Origin: Felis catus
Lineage: Eukaryota
Assembly (NCBI RefSeq): GCF_018350175.1
Contig: NC_058383.1
Coordinates: 28,770,001-28,834,000 of the forward strand
Direction: 5' to 3'
Length of the DNA stretch: 64,000 bases
A program made the translations under genes and the position numbers. Positions 1 through 11,734 of the stretch are shown one piece after another (position 1 is the stretch's first letter; each line of letters begins with the position of its first letter). Below the pieces are notes generated by a model. The model ran no database searches, was not told the origin of the DNA, and saw nothing but the letters and a program-made list of their open reading frames with translations.

Positions 1-83
1 AGTAAAGATGATCACACTCATTTATGAATAATAAGCTCTTCCCCCTTGACGGTATAAACAAGGTCTGTGTTCCAATTACTTCT

Positions 84-299
84 TTTTAAAAATCTTTTTA
101 AATATTTATTTTTGGGAGAGCGAGAGACAGGGCACAAGTGGGGGAGGGGCGGAGAGAGAGGGAGACACAGTATCTGAAGCAGGCTTTGGGCTCCGAGCCA
201 TCAGCACAGAGCCCAATGCAGGGCTCGAACCCACGAGCTGCGAGATCATGACCTGAGCCGAAGTCAGACGCTTAACCGATTGGGCCACCCAGGCGCCCC
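84..299 (-). mobile_element. Can-SINE
   Basis: Reverse-strand GGGGCGCCTGGGTGG head, CT tract, A tail; TSD TGTGTTCC(C)AATTACTTCT. Confidence 0.9.
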
Positions 300-1068
300 T
301 GTGTTCCCAATTACTTCTATACAAAATGCAATTATTCCATCAAAAAAGTAATGCTGAAGCTTGTCTAAAAGATTGCCAGGCAGTACTTTATCATAGTTAC
401 TCTAGATACACTTTTTCAATGACAAAATCTGTCTTATATATTATGAAATAGCTGTTGTATTAACTACTTTCAAAATAATCCTAGTACTGTAACAAATTTT
501 AGAATTAAGCTATCTAGAAATGTTCTCACCATTCTCCCAATAATGTAAAATATATTAATACCTAGTAAATTCAAATAAATCATAGACATGATATAGTTAG
601 GACTTAAACGCATTTATATTACAAATTATATGAATTATATGCTTAAAATTCTTAAGTGCATATTCCTTAATTAATCTTAAATACAAATTCTCAAGATAAA
701 TGCATGAACGCTTCAGCTCTTCCCATGTTAAAACTTGTGAAATGCTCATGAAAACTCGTGAAAAACAGCATTGGGGTGCAATTTTTAGGTGAAGTTTGCT
801 GAACCTTCCTGAGATATCCACAGCATTTTTAGACCCACTGGTTTTGAGGTTAGACAAACAGTAAATCAGAAAGTCTAGATCAGGTATCTCACACCTGCCT
901 CAAAGACTGCCCATAAAGATTTATTTGAAAACGCTGATTTTTAAAAATATAACATCGCTGTGAAATTTGGGGTAACTGTTTTCCTTGGAAACCTATGAAA
1001 TAGAGTTTTCCTTCCAGAGGAAGAAAATTTGTTCATTGTCTTAGAAAAGAAACTTCACTCAATATATT

Positions 1069-1283
1069 TTTTTAAATTTTTAAAAATGTTTGTTTTATTT
1101 TTGAGAGAGACAGAGCATGAGGGGGAGAGGCAAAGAGAGAGGGAGACACAGAATCCAAAGCAGGCTCCAGGCTCTGAGCTGTCAGCACAGACCCCGACGT
1201 GGGGCCTGAACCCATAAACCACGAGACCATGACCTGAGCCGAAGTCATCCATCACTTAACCAACTGAGCCACCAAGGCGCCCC
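1069..1283 (-). mobile_element. Can-SINE
   Basis: Full structure; TSD TCAATATATTT. Confidence 0.9.
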
Positions 1284-1428
1284 TCAATATATTTCTTTAA
1301 GAAGCCAGATGTTGTGTATATTTCCTAAGTCTGGAATACAGATATGGGATACTTCGGTCAGCTGAATTTACTCAAAACTAGAACACATGAACTAAAAAGT
1401 ACTTAACTTCAAAATTACAATAGTTGTA

Positions 1429-1632
1429 TGGGGCGCCTCGGTGGGTCAGTCGGCTAAGTTTCCCACCTCAGCTTAGGTCACGATCTCACGGTTCGTGGGT
1501 TTGGGCCCTGCATCAGGCACTGTGCTGACAGCTCGGAGCCTGGAGCCTGCTTCAGATTCTGTGTCTCCCTATCTCTCTGCCCCTCCCCTACTCATGCTCT
1601 CTCTCAAAAATAAACAAACGTTAAAAAAAAAT
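1429..1632 (+). mobile_element. Can-SINE
   Basis: Full structure; flanking repeat TTCAAAATTACAATAGT. Confidence 0.9.
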
Positions 1633-2242
1633 TTTCAAAATTACAATAGTAGAAGACATCCATGAAATACATTTCTATACAGGACACACCAATCACATAC
1701 TATTTTTTTTTTTTGATGGCATAAAATGTTCTTACAGAACTTAGCATCAGGAGAACAAGAAATTATTCTATAAAGTATTTCCAGAAAAAAAAATCCAGTT
1801 ATTCAATCTTCTCCTTGATTGAGCTCTATGTAAACACCAATTTACTTATATAAGGAATATTTTTGGTATAAAAGTTCAACAGATGCAAAGTGTTTAGGAG
1901 ACAACCTGAGATTTTAGAAGCAAAATGGGTTCTTTAAATCAACTGGCATTAAAATATTAGAATCGAAATAGTAATAATTGCAAAATGCCATGATGGCACA
2001 GTGGTCACCAAAGTATTAGAGACACGAACACAATAGAGAAGTGATACTTTCAGACTAGCATGGGGAAAAAAGGTTTGAATAAAATTTAAAGTATTCATTG
2101 ATACTTAATCAGTGGGTCTATGCAATAGTAATTCTCCAAAATGGAGCACATAACTGATGAGTAGACTCTTATCTGCAAGCAATCCACTGCATTAAAAAAT
2201 AAAATAAAATAAATCCGTCATTGTCAGGGAGTCCTTGGCTTC

Positions 2243-2422
2243 TCATTTCTCGGGAGGCCTTTCAACGGCACCGGCCTCTTTCACATGAAGGAAGGTGAAA
2301 GCAGACTTGAATGTGCCATCACCGCTCTGTTGTGAAAAGCAGAGGAAGGTAGCCCACAGAAAACCACAAAGTCCAGTGTAAGCTGTCCTCCAGTGCGTGG
2401 GAACCAAGCTGAAGTTGGTCAG
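2243..2422 (-). CDS. MPV17L: MPV17L coding exon 4 (180 nt including TGA)
   Basis: Acceptor TCTTTCTTTCTGTTACAG|, encodes LTNFSLVPTHWRTAYTGLCGFLWATFLCFSQQSGDGTFKSAFTFLHVKEAGAVERPPEK*; total CDS 310+71+30+180=591 nt, 196 aa. Confidence 0.96.
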   Translation of the reverse strand: MTNFSLVPTHWRTAYTGLCGFLWATFLCFSQQSGDGTFKSAFTFLHVKEAGAVERPPEK

Positions 2423-2502
2423 CTGTAACAGAAAGAAAGAGTATGCTAGGCTCCAGACAAACCACAGCCATGAATTAGCATTCCGAGTCGTTCGACACTC
2501 AC

Positions 2503-2532
2503 CTGCACAAAGGGCCAGTACATCAGACCACT
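2503..2532 (-). CDS. MPV17L: MPV17L coding exon 3 (30 nt)
   Basis: Acceptor TTTTTCTTTATTCCAG|, encodes SGLMYWPFVQ (Mpv17/PMP22 WP..Q motif), donor CAG|GTGAGT; followed by an 80-nt intron. Confidence 0.95.
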
Positions 2533-2569
2533 CTGGAATAAAGAAAAACTTTATTAGAATGCGTTTTAA

Positions 2570-2570
<1 letters not shown>

Positions 2571-2608
<38 letters not shown>
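2571..2608. repeat. (CA)19 microsatellite
   Basis: Read directly. Confidence 0.98.
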
Positions 2609-2612
<4 letters not shown>

Positions 2613-2897
2613 CACAGCTCATGCCATGAAAGATTAAGAAATACCAGGCAGATAAAATGTGGAGGTGATATTATGTTTCAGACTAAGCCGATTAAATCAG
2701 ACTACTTAAAGTCTCTCAAGCAGAAGAGGGTAAGAGCTGTGCAAAGAGATTTCAGGTACGAGATATTTATATTAGTCATATCCACAGACCCAGAATGAGA
2801 AGACTCTCAGAATCAGTACCATTTCTCTTAGCCGCTTTCAAAATAACAACATATATTTATACATTGTGGTTTTACTGTTAGGCCAGGCAAATGCTAT

Positions 2898-2900
<3 letters not shown>

Positions 2901-2948
<48 letters not shown>
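2901..2948. repeat. (GT)24 microsatellite at a SINE tail
   Basis: Read directly; abuts the minus-strand SINE at 2949-3125. Confidence 0.98.
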
Positions 2949-2950
<2 letters not shown>

Positions 2951-3125
2951 AAAGAGATAGAGAGCACTAGTGGGGGAGAGGGACAGAGAGAGGTAGAGAG
3001 AATGATACACAGGCCCAATGCCCAGAGCGGAGCTGATGTGGGTCTCCAACCCACCACCCTGAATCATGACCTGAGCCAAAATCAAGAGTTGGACGCTGAG
3101 CCAACTGAGCCACCCAGATGCCCCA
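2949..3125 (-). mobile_element. Can-SINE (older, diverged)
   Basis: Diverged head and body. Confidence 0.8.
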
Positions 3126-3457
3126 GGAATATATTTATAAAAGGATCATCAGTAAAGTTTTAAATTTTTCATTTTTCATGGAATGATTTGTTAATAACAT
3201 AGTCTATGTCACACAATGAGAGCCAGAGGGGACTCTAATTTTATCTAAAACGTTTGATTTTTTATGTAAAAAGATTGAAGGCAAATAATATATTCTACTA
3301 TTTCTTGCTATAGAATAAGTTTAGCTGACATTCTCGTGTATTACAAAATACCGCCAAAAAGGGAGTATTTTGTTTTGGGGGTTTTGTTGTGGGGGTTTTT
3401 TGTTGCTGTTTTTTAAGGGGAGAAGCAAAACTGTATTCTTCAAAAACTAAAGTGTTG

Positions 3458-3641
3458 AGGGGCACCTGGGTGGCTCAGTCAGTTAAGTGTCCGACTTTGG
3501 CCCAGGTCACGATCTCATGGCTTGTGAGTTCAAGCCCCCGCCCACGGAGCTCTGTGCTGACAGCTCAGAGCCTGGAGCCTGCTTCAGATGCTGTGTCTCC
3601 GTCTCTCTCTCCTTCTCTGCTCCTCCCCCACTCGCAGTCTG

Positions 3642-3681
<40 letters not shown>

Positions 3682-3708
3682 AAATAAAAATAAAAAAATT
3701 AAGAAAAA
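3458..3708 (+). mobile_element. Can-SINE
   Basis: Head, (CT)n, A tail. Confidence 0.9.
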
Positions 3709-3724
3709 TATATCAGTGTTGTAA

Positions 3725-4210
3725 TAGACAAAAGAAGGCTAAGGAAATTTTCCCAATTAATGGAGACTAAAGAGACAGGACAACTAAATGCACTACCTGA
3801 CCCTAGACTGCATCCTCTACCTTTTGAAAGGAAAAGAAATGCTGTAAAGACCATTAGATAGTGAATTTACAAACATGGTATAAAGTTGGTGGGTGAGATA
3901 AAAGGATTATTACCGTTGTTAAATGTATCGAAGTTGCTAACTCTGCTGTGGTTATATAAAAGAACATATTTATTCTTAGAAAATAGATACTTAAGTATCT
4001 AGGGGTAAAGGGTAATTCTGTGTGTAATTTACCCTCAAATGATCCAGAGAAACAGATAGAAAGATCGATGGACAGATGGATAGAGCCAGGAAATAATAAA
4101 ACAAATAGGCAAAATGTTAACTATAGGCGAATATGGGTAAAGGGTATTCTTTGAACTATTCTGTTATTTTTCTGTCAGCTTGAAATCATTTCCAAGTTAA
4201 AGTTTTAAAA
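3725..4210 (+). mobile_element. Ancient L1M 3' fragment
   Basis: Resembles L1MC/ME 3' UTR (GGAGACTAAAGAGAC..ACAACTAAATGCA..CCTAGACTG; GGCAAAATGTTAAC; TGAAATCATTTCCAA). Confidence 0.6.
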
Positions 4211-4223
4211 ACCTATAAAAGAT

Positions 4224-4433
4224 GGGGCATCTGGGTGGCTCAGTCAGTTAAGCATCTGACTTCGGCTCAGGTAATGATCTCACGGTTCATGAGTTCGAGC
4301 CCCTCATCTGTCTCCGTGCTGACAGCTCAGGGCCTGGAGCCTGCTTCAGATTCTGTGTCTCCCGCTTTCTACCCCTGCCCTGCTGGCTCGCTCTCTGTCT
4401 CTCAAAAATAAACATAAAAAATTAAAAAAAATA
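4224..4433 (+). mobile_element. Can-SINE
   Basis: TSD AAAACCTATAAAAGA. Confidence 0.9.
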
Positions 4434-5104
4434 AAAACCTATAAAAGAGAAGAATGTAATACAAGATATATTTCTAAGAGGGAATATACCTGAGCCACCA
4501 TATTACAGGTAGTGAAAGGAGACATAAATTGCATGCTATCTGTACAAAACAAAGTAAAAACTCAAGTACTACCTACATGTAAACAACAAATAAATGAGAC
4601 ATGTTCTTTCCACCTTCATCCAAAGAACTTGGATTGGGCATGCGGTTGATTCCTCAGCAACCAAAAAGCAATTCTGCTTTCACTCACATGTCCCTTGGGC
4701 TACAAGAAAGCCTTTGTGACAGATTCTTTTTGGACGCTTCTTGTCTTCCAACTCCTAGTGTTTGTGCTCTTGGTTTCATTGATCAAGCTTGGCTCAAAAG
4801 CCTGGTTTTAACCAGTTTCTCCCATATCTAATATCCTTCTCTCTGGGCTCTCCTCTGTGCATCTGGAAGTCTCCCTTTGGATATTCTAATGGCATCTAGA
4901 ATTCAATATTTCTCAAACTGAACTCATCTACCTTTTTTCCCCAATCGGCTCGCTATCCTCTATGCACTATCCCAAGTGATGAGCTACCACTCAAGGCAGA
5001 GACCTGTGGGCCATCCTAGATGCGTCCTTGCCCAGTACCCCAACCACCAATCATTCACCCAGAGCGACAAATTCTACCTCCTAAATAGCTCTCCAATCAG
5101 TCCT

Positions 5105-5295
5105 ATTTTTTTTAAGTTTTATTTATGTATTTTGCGAGCATGAGTGGGGGAAGGGCAGAGAGAGAGGGAGAGAGAAAATCCCAAGCAGGCTTCGCACTGA
5201 CAACTTGGGGCTCTATCTCATGAACCGTGAGATCATGACCTGATCCGAGATCAAGAGCCCAACGCTTAACCGACTGAGCCACCCAGGCACTCCCC
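5105..5295 (-). mobile_element. Can-SINE
   Basis: Head, body and tail on the reverse strand. Confidence 0.85.
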
Positions 5296-5695
5296 CGCCA
5301 TTCTCTGTTTCTAATGTGACCTCGGTTACACTGACCCTCTAGCTGGTTTCTCCTGCCACTATTCCTGACGTATAGGATCCTTGGCAGGATATCCAACACC
5401 CAATAAAAGTGGCCTGTGTGTCTTCGTTAAGGGAGGAGAATCTGAAAGACCTGCAAGTCCCTGCTTAAAGCCCCTTTCTTTCCCAATTCTGCCGGCTTGC
5501 TCTTTTTTTTTTAAAACGTTACATGTAGATGCCTCCATAGGATCTCTGACATAATGGGCAAACTTGTTTCTTTTTCCAAAATAAAGCAGAAGAAAATCAC
5601 ATTTGGATTTGTGAGTCCCGGTGGGCTCCTGATTTCTGCCCCAAGGGAAATAACAAGAGCTCTGAATACTCTTTCCCCTTAAAGGAGAAGAAACT

Positions 5696-5910
5696 GGGGC
5701 GCCTGGGTGGCTCAGTCGGTTGAGTGTCCGACTTCAGCTCAGGTCATGATCTCACGGTCCGTGAGTTCGAGCCCCTCTTTGGGCTCTGTGCTGATGGCTC
5801 AGAACCTGGAGCCTGCTTCAGATTCTGTGTCTCCCTCTCTCTCTGATCCTCCCCTGTTCACGCTCTGTCTCTCTCTGTCTCAAAAATAAATAAACATTAA
5901 AAAAAAAAAA
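5696..5910 (+). mobile_element. Can-SINE
   Basis: TSD AAAGGAGAAGAAACT. Confidence 0.9.
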
Positions 5911-6778
5911 AAAGGAGAAGAAACTGTCCCTGAGCATAATGGCAGGGGGGGTGGGGAGGGGAGCATGCAGCTTCCACCCTCCCTACCATCTGCCTCCAAC
6001 CATCAAGCAGGCAATGCTGATTCTGGGGCTCAGTATTACTCCATAGAAGATGCCAGAATCAGTACAGGCAGTAGCCCGGTGTGGCTTGGCACCGCCTCTG
6101 TTAGGGAATTAAACACACGTGAAGCCCAAGGCCCAGTCTGTGCATATTCGGCCCTCCTGAAAACTCACTTAATTGGGATTAATAGAATAAAACATGCTCT
6201 AGGCCAGGGACAGAAAGCACCCCTGATTTTGCCAGGCCTTCAGGGTGCTGCTCAATAAATCTTCAGGGAATAAGTTAATAAATACTTGTTGGACTGGGTT
6301 GTGTATATTTGTATTGAGCAAACGGTGCGACACGTGACTTGCTTTGAGTCTAGAAGTGATCTTGGGGAACATCCTTCACAGGGACGCAGCAGAATGTACA
6401 CCTGGGGACATTGGCTCTGAATGGGCATGATTCCATTAATCACTCATCTGTTACTATTCCTCTTGTGCACCAACCTCTTTGGGTCCAAACTTCACTAAAT
6501 AAACTATACCCATGATAAGAGTAAATTTTCAAAACAGGACTCATCATGAACATTGACTAAAATTCAGACACTCATGTATAGACACTCCCAATATAGAGAC
6601 ACCCTTAAAGCGTCTTACTCATTCACTAGCAAAACAATCTTAAGATCTCTCCATCAATATACCGTCCCCTGGTGCCAACCAACTGGAGCCCTAACTTAAG
6701 AAGAGTTTCCTTAAAATGTACTTAATTTTACAAATATACGAAAAGATCTGCGTTACCTTTTCAAAAGTCTGTTCTTAC

Positions 6779-6849
6779 CTTGTACGTATCCCAGAATTTC
6801 TGTTTCAGGTCCAAAAATATGTCATCCTTTTCCTGGAGAATACTCATGC
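6779..6849 (-). CDS. MPV17L: MPV17L coding exon 2 (71 nt)
   Basis: Acceptor TTTTTACAAATAG|, encodes (G)MSILQEKDDIFLDLKQKFWDTYK, donor AAG|GTAAGA; phase matches exon 1. Confidence 0.96.
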
Positions 6850-7032
6850 CTATTTGTAAAAACACACACCAAAAGAATTTTTGAAAGATTCAGTGGGAAG
6901 AATACTGCCTAACAGTTAAAATTTCCTATTTCAAAATGCAAAGTAGCCGGTGGTATCTTCTCATTCATCATGTCCCTTCTGACCCAACAGTGAAAACGAC
7001 ATAACCTCCATTCTAAAACCAGATAAATCTTT

Positions 7033-7280
7033 GGGCACCTAGGTGGCTCAGTTGGTTGGGCATCCAACTCTTGATTTTGGCTCAGGTCATGATTTCACGG
7101 TTCATAGGATGGAGCCCCAAGTCAGGTTCCAGGCTGACAGCAAGGACCTACTTAGGATTTTCTCTCCCTCTCTCTCTGCCCCTCCCCTGCGCATCTTCTC
7201 TGACTTTCTCTCTGTCTCAAAATAAACAGTTTTTAAAAACAAAAAATAAAATTTGAAAAATCCTTAAATAAATAAACAAA
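7033..7280 (+). mobile_element. Can-SINE
   Basis: Head, CT tract, A-rich tail; flanking GATAAATCTT repeat. Confidence 0.85.
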
Positions 7281-7463
7281 AACTGGATAAATCTTAAAGG
7301 AGTGATAAATATGAAGTAGAAATAGCAGAGTATAAAAGTGATAGAAAAAGTACACATTTTTTTTTTAATTTTAAGAGAATTCACAGCATTCAGATAGCAG
7401 GATGATTGGTGACTTCTCTGCCTTCCAAACTTTTTGTAAGATGTTTAAAGTTTTAGAAATATA

Positions 7464-7645
7464 GAGGTGCCTAGGTGGCTCAGTTGGTTAAGCGTCCAAC
7501 TCTTGATTTTGGCTCAGGTCATGATCTCCTGATGCGTGAGATCAAGCACCGCATTGGGCTCCAGGCTGACAGTGGGGAACCTGCTTGGGATTCTCTCTTT
7601 CCCTCTCTCTCTCTGTCCCTCTCCTGCTCACAGGCGCACACACAT

Positions 7646-7680
<35 letters not shown>

Positions 7681-7950
7681 ATAAAAACTTTAGGGGCGCC
7701 TGGGTGGCGCAGTCGGCTAAGCGTCCGACTTCAGCCAGGTCACTATCTCGTGGTCCGTGAGTTCCAGCCCCGCGTCAGGCTCTGGGCTGATGGCTCGGAG
7801 CCTGGAGCCTGTTTCCGATTCTGTGTCTCCCTATCTCTCTGCCCCTCCCCCGTTCATGCTCTGTTTCTCTCTGTCCCAAAAAAATAAATAAACGTTGAAA
7901 AAAATAAATAAATAAATAAATAAAAATAAAAAAATAAAAACTTTAAAAAA
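7464..7950 (+). mobile_element. Nested SINEs: young SINEC_Fc-type copy (7693-7930) inside the A tail of an older Can-SINE
   Basis: TSD AAAATAAAAACTTTA at 7678-7692 and 7931-7945. Confidence 0.9.
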
Positions 7951-8834
7951 TAATTAATAAATGAATGAACAAATATTTAATTTCCTTCTTTAAAAAAAAA
8001 AGTGGCTGACGGACCCTGGGTGCTCTGGCAACTACAAAGTTCCCCCTCAATATTCTAATCAGAATTATTCCAGTATCATTATTCCAACCAGAATCTGAAA
8101 GCAAGAACATTGCTTGAGCCTTCCTACCAACATTCTGAAAACTTTGCATGTTCAACAACCCTGAAAAGAAATTCAGGGAGCAAAGACAAAATCCTCCTAT
8201 TTTAGGAAGGAGTAAAAATAAAAGTGCTTTAAAAATTCTCCTTCAAATCTGATTAGGAGGAAGGGGAAATGAGAGGTGTTTTTTTCAGCCTATTGCAAGG
8301 GATTTTTAGAACAGAATTTAGGAGAATACCCTTGCATGCAAGTATTGGTAAGGTCGGGTTCCACTTACCCAGCACTAATTAAGCGTTAAGCGCTTTATGT
8401 GCCTTATTCCATTTGACTCCCCTCTCCAACAATCTGCGGATGTTGGTAGTTACAGAAGCAGAAAAATGAGCTTGGGGAGGTTAATATTATACCACGTCCA
8501 ACCCGGGTGCAGATTCCCAGCTGGACCTCTCCATCATAATCCAAGCTCCCCCAGGTGGCCCCAGCACAAAGGATCATCTGATACAGGCAATTTCCCAGTT
8601 GGAAATGCCTGGAACAAACATCCAACCCACTCCTCCCACCTTCATTTTCACACGAGGAGAGGGAAATCGGGCCAGAAATCTATAAAAGCAAAACAAAGCA
8701 GCCATCTGGGTAGGGATCCATGTCAAGAACCAAGAGCCTCAGACTTGAACCACAGGCCTCCTGGAGCCTGGTTACCGAGGCTTCTTTCTGCTTTCACACA
8801 CAGTGACAACACCCTAGATTAAGAACACGGTATG

Positions 8835-9058
8835 GGGGTGCCTGGGTGGCTCAGTCGGTTAAGCGTCCGACTTTGGCTCAGGTCATGATCTCACAGCTCG
8901 TGGGTTTGGGCCCTGTTTCAGGCTCTGTGCTGACAGCTCTGAGCCTGGAGCCTACTTTGGAATCTGTGTCTCCCTCTCTCTGCCCCTCCCTAGCTCGTGC
9001 TCTGTCTGTCTCTATCTCTCAAAAATAAATAAATGTTAAAAAAAATTTTTTTTTTTTT
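8835..9058 (+). mobile_element. Can-SINE
   Basis: TSD AAGAACA(C/T)GGTATGG. Confidence 0.9.
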
Positions 9059-10399
9059 TAAAGAACATGGTATGGAATGGATTGTGTGGATTATGTTGTC
9101 TTTCGGCAAATCACTTAACCCCCTTCGAATCTCAGTTTTCTGCTCTGCAACACAGCAATAATAAAGTGGATCTGCCTCCCTTGGTTGTTTGAAGATCAAA
9201 TGGGAATCCGGTTCCCAGAGGCCCAGCCCCTAGGTCCCAAATCCTCACCAGCGTTCAAGACCACTGCAGTAATGGCCACGAGGAACCTCCTTGCCAATGT
9301 GGCATGGAAGTCACACCTTGGTACCAGGCACCCGGCAGCCCCAGCCTTGGGTCCTCTATTTCCCTGACCCCACTGACCCCATCAGCCATGGGATAGCTGA
9401 GCCTACAGCAGGCAACGAGGCCCTTCATGCTTCCTGTGGGGTCTGTGAGAAAAGGAACGGAATCTGGCTCCCCAAAATAAGACCCATAAGGCATTGTGGT
9501 TTCTTCAAGGAGATGATTGGAGCCCCAAAACCCAGTTTAGAAGGCACCAACAGCCACTGAAAAGACGACCTTCTTGGGGGAATCTGTTATCCCCAATGCA
9601 AAGGCCAGGCCCAGGACCCTTGGATTTTCTTACAGAATTGGTGCCACTCCCCTGCCCTCACCCCCACCCGCTATAGAAACTGCTAGGAGGACAGAGGCTA
9701 CAGACCCCCTGGCATTGGTTTTGGCATTTAAGGTCCTGTGGAAGATTCCCAAAGTCAGGCCTTTAGGACCCAGGGTGATTTTCTGAGGAAGGGCCTCCTA
9801 GGTCTTTTCCTAGGCGTAGAGTTCTCTATGGCAAGATCCGAGGTCCCCTCACATTTTCTGTGGCTTTTTTATACAGGGAATGCACCCCCAAAGGAAATTC
9901 TTGTTACCAAAGCAGGACTGAGGCCTTGAGCATGAATTTTCTGGGGACTCTGTTCCACCTGCTCTGCGCCCATGGTCCCCAGTCCCCTCCCATTTCATTG
10001 ATGTGTCTGCCAGTAGAAAGGGGGCCCGTAGCCCTGAGAGTGGATTTTCCCAGGAGCAGGACTGCCCTGTCCCATAACTAGGTCACTGGGGTTGCAGCCG
10101 CCATGGACAGGAGCTATGATCTCCTCGACGTTTATTCATTCGGACCTTTTCCAAGGGGAAAAGGCGGCCCCCCAGTCCTGCCTCCCTCCAGGTCTAGCCG
10201 ACTTCCCAGGCTCCCTGAAACCTCCAGCCACTCAACTATGCACAACCCCAGCGTCCCAACTCCGATCTTGGACCCTGGCCTCCTAGTTCTCCGCTTCTCC
10301 AACCACCACCTCTGAACTTCTCGCCTTAATCTCCTGTCCCCAGACTTGTCAACTCTTGCACCTCGACCTCCTGCTCCTGCCTTGGCTCTCTCAGCGGTC

Positions 10400-11270
10400 T
10401 GAAATCCTGCCGTCACCCCCACCCCTTGGCTTGCAGCCCGGGTCCGGCCCCAGAGCCCCTGGCTCCATCCCAGCCCCCAGGAGCCCCCAGCCCCGGCCTC
10501 CAGTCCCCCAACCTTGGCTCCAGGCCCCCTCGTCGGATCTCGCCCTGGACCCGGTCCCCGCCCGGGCCGCTCACCGGCATAGAAGGCCGAGACGGCCACG
10601 GGCCCGCCGATCGCCTGATCGCACAGCACCTTGGCCAGCACGGCGCGCGGAGCACGGCCGGGCAGCGCGCGCTCCAGCACGCGCAGCCATACGTAGTTGA
10701 AGTTGGCGTGGAAGGTCACGGCCACGGTGGCCACGCGCCGCGTCTGCTGCCAGTCGGCCGGACCGCCCCGTAGCCGCTGCTGCAGCGCGTCGCCGGCGGA
10801 GAAGAGCGCCGCGTAGAGCAGCACGTTCGTGGGCCACGGGTAGCGCCGGGCAGCGCGCAGCAGCGCCCGCCACCCACCCGCCATGCCCGCGCTGGGGGCG
10901 ACCGCCAGCGACCGCCGCGCAGGCCCCCTGGGCCACGCCCGCCCGCCGGCCCTGCCCTCGGCGCCGCCTCCGCCACCTGCACCTGTCTTCCCAGATGCTC
11001 CCGAGTCATTGGGCGGCCCGCGCACACCCAATCCGCGCCGTCCAATCCCGTGGCCACTAACCGTTGCGGGGCTGAGCCTTTGAAACGTGGCCGGTCCACA
11101 GAACGCGTGGTCCATGTCCATGAAACGTCCAGAATGGGCTAACGCGCAGCGACGGAAAGTAGACTAGCCGTTGCCAGAGGCTGGGCGATGGAGAGAACGC
11201 GAAGCGACTGGGTGTGCGGTTCCTTGGGGGGCGACGAAAGCGTTCTCTGTTAGGGGTGACGGTTGTACGG
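10400..11270. promoter_or_regulatory. CpG island and promoter of MPV17L with three CCAAT boxes
   Basis: Very GC/CpG-rich stretch over exon 1; ATTGG 11008-11012, CCAAT 11028-11032 and 11042-11046, GC-box-like motifs; ETS core CGGAAGT near 11404. Boundaries approximate. Confidence 0.85.
10575..10884 (-). CDS. MPV17L: MPV17-like protein (Mpv17/PMP22 family), coding exon 1 (310 nt)
   Basis: ATG at 10884 in context GGGCATGG; translates MAGGWRALLRAARRYPWPTNVLLYAALFSAGDALQQRL...LAKVLCDQAIGGPVAVSAFYA, recognisable as the M-LP/MPV17L N-terminus; ends at donor G|GTGAGC. Confidence 0.97.
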
Positions 11271-11734
11271 AAAACCATTGCATGCTATTTCAAACGGTGA
11301 ATTCTATGGTATGTGAATTGCAGCTCAAAAAAATGGGGGCGGGGGGAAGGGATACCAAAATTCAGTTACCAAGAGGATGGTGTATGTTAAATGTTTACAG
11401 GCACGGAAGTCACCCTTCCAACGCACACAGTACACTTGTGTCGCTTAGAGGCAAAGCCGCAAGTTAAAATGTGAGGCCTTTCGTGGATGGGGAAGTGAGG
11501 CTGGGGGGACCTATTGCCTTCACTTCAGTGTGTGGAGTCCCTGAATATTGCCTCGGAAAACGTGCGGAGCTCCCAGGCGGAGTCCCTGAAGCACGGCTCA
11601 GGGGGGACCCCAGCAACAGATGTCATCTCTGATCTAATGGAACTCAGTTGTCTGCTTTTTTTTCCTCCCTTTTTTCTTCCTTCTCTGTCACATTCAAACC
11701 CATTCTCATTCTCTCTCTTCTGCTTCTTCTTCTC

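Noticed and set aside
10097..10315. Perfect Kozak GCCGCCATGG opening a 70-aa antisense ORF in MPV17L intron 1
   Set aside because: No recognisable protein, splice pattern or poly(A) signal; expected by chance near a CpG island.
10132..11121. 329-aa ORF suggesting N- and C-terminally extended MPV17L
   Set aside because: Only 10884-10575 is MPV17L-like. The upstream ATGs lie beyond the CCAAT boxes and the tail reads through a consensus donor; stop-poor GC-rich DNA explains the length.
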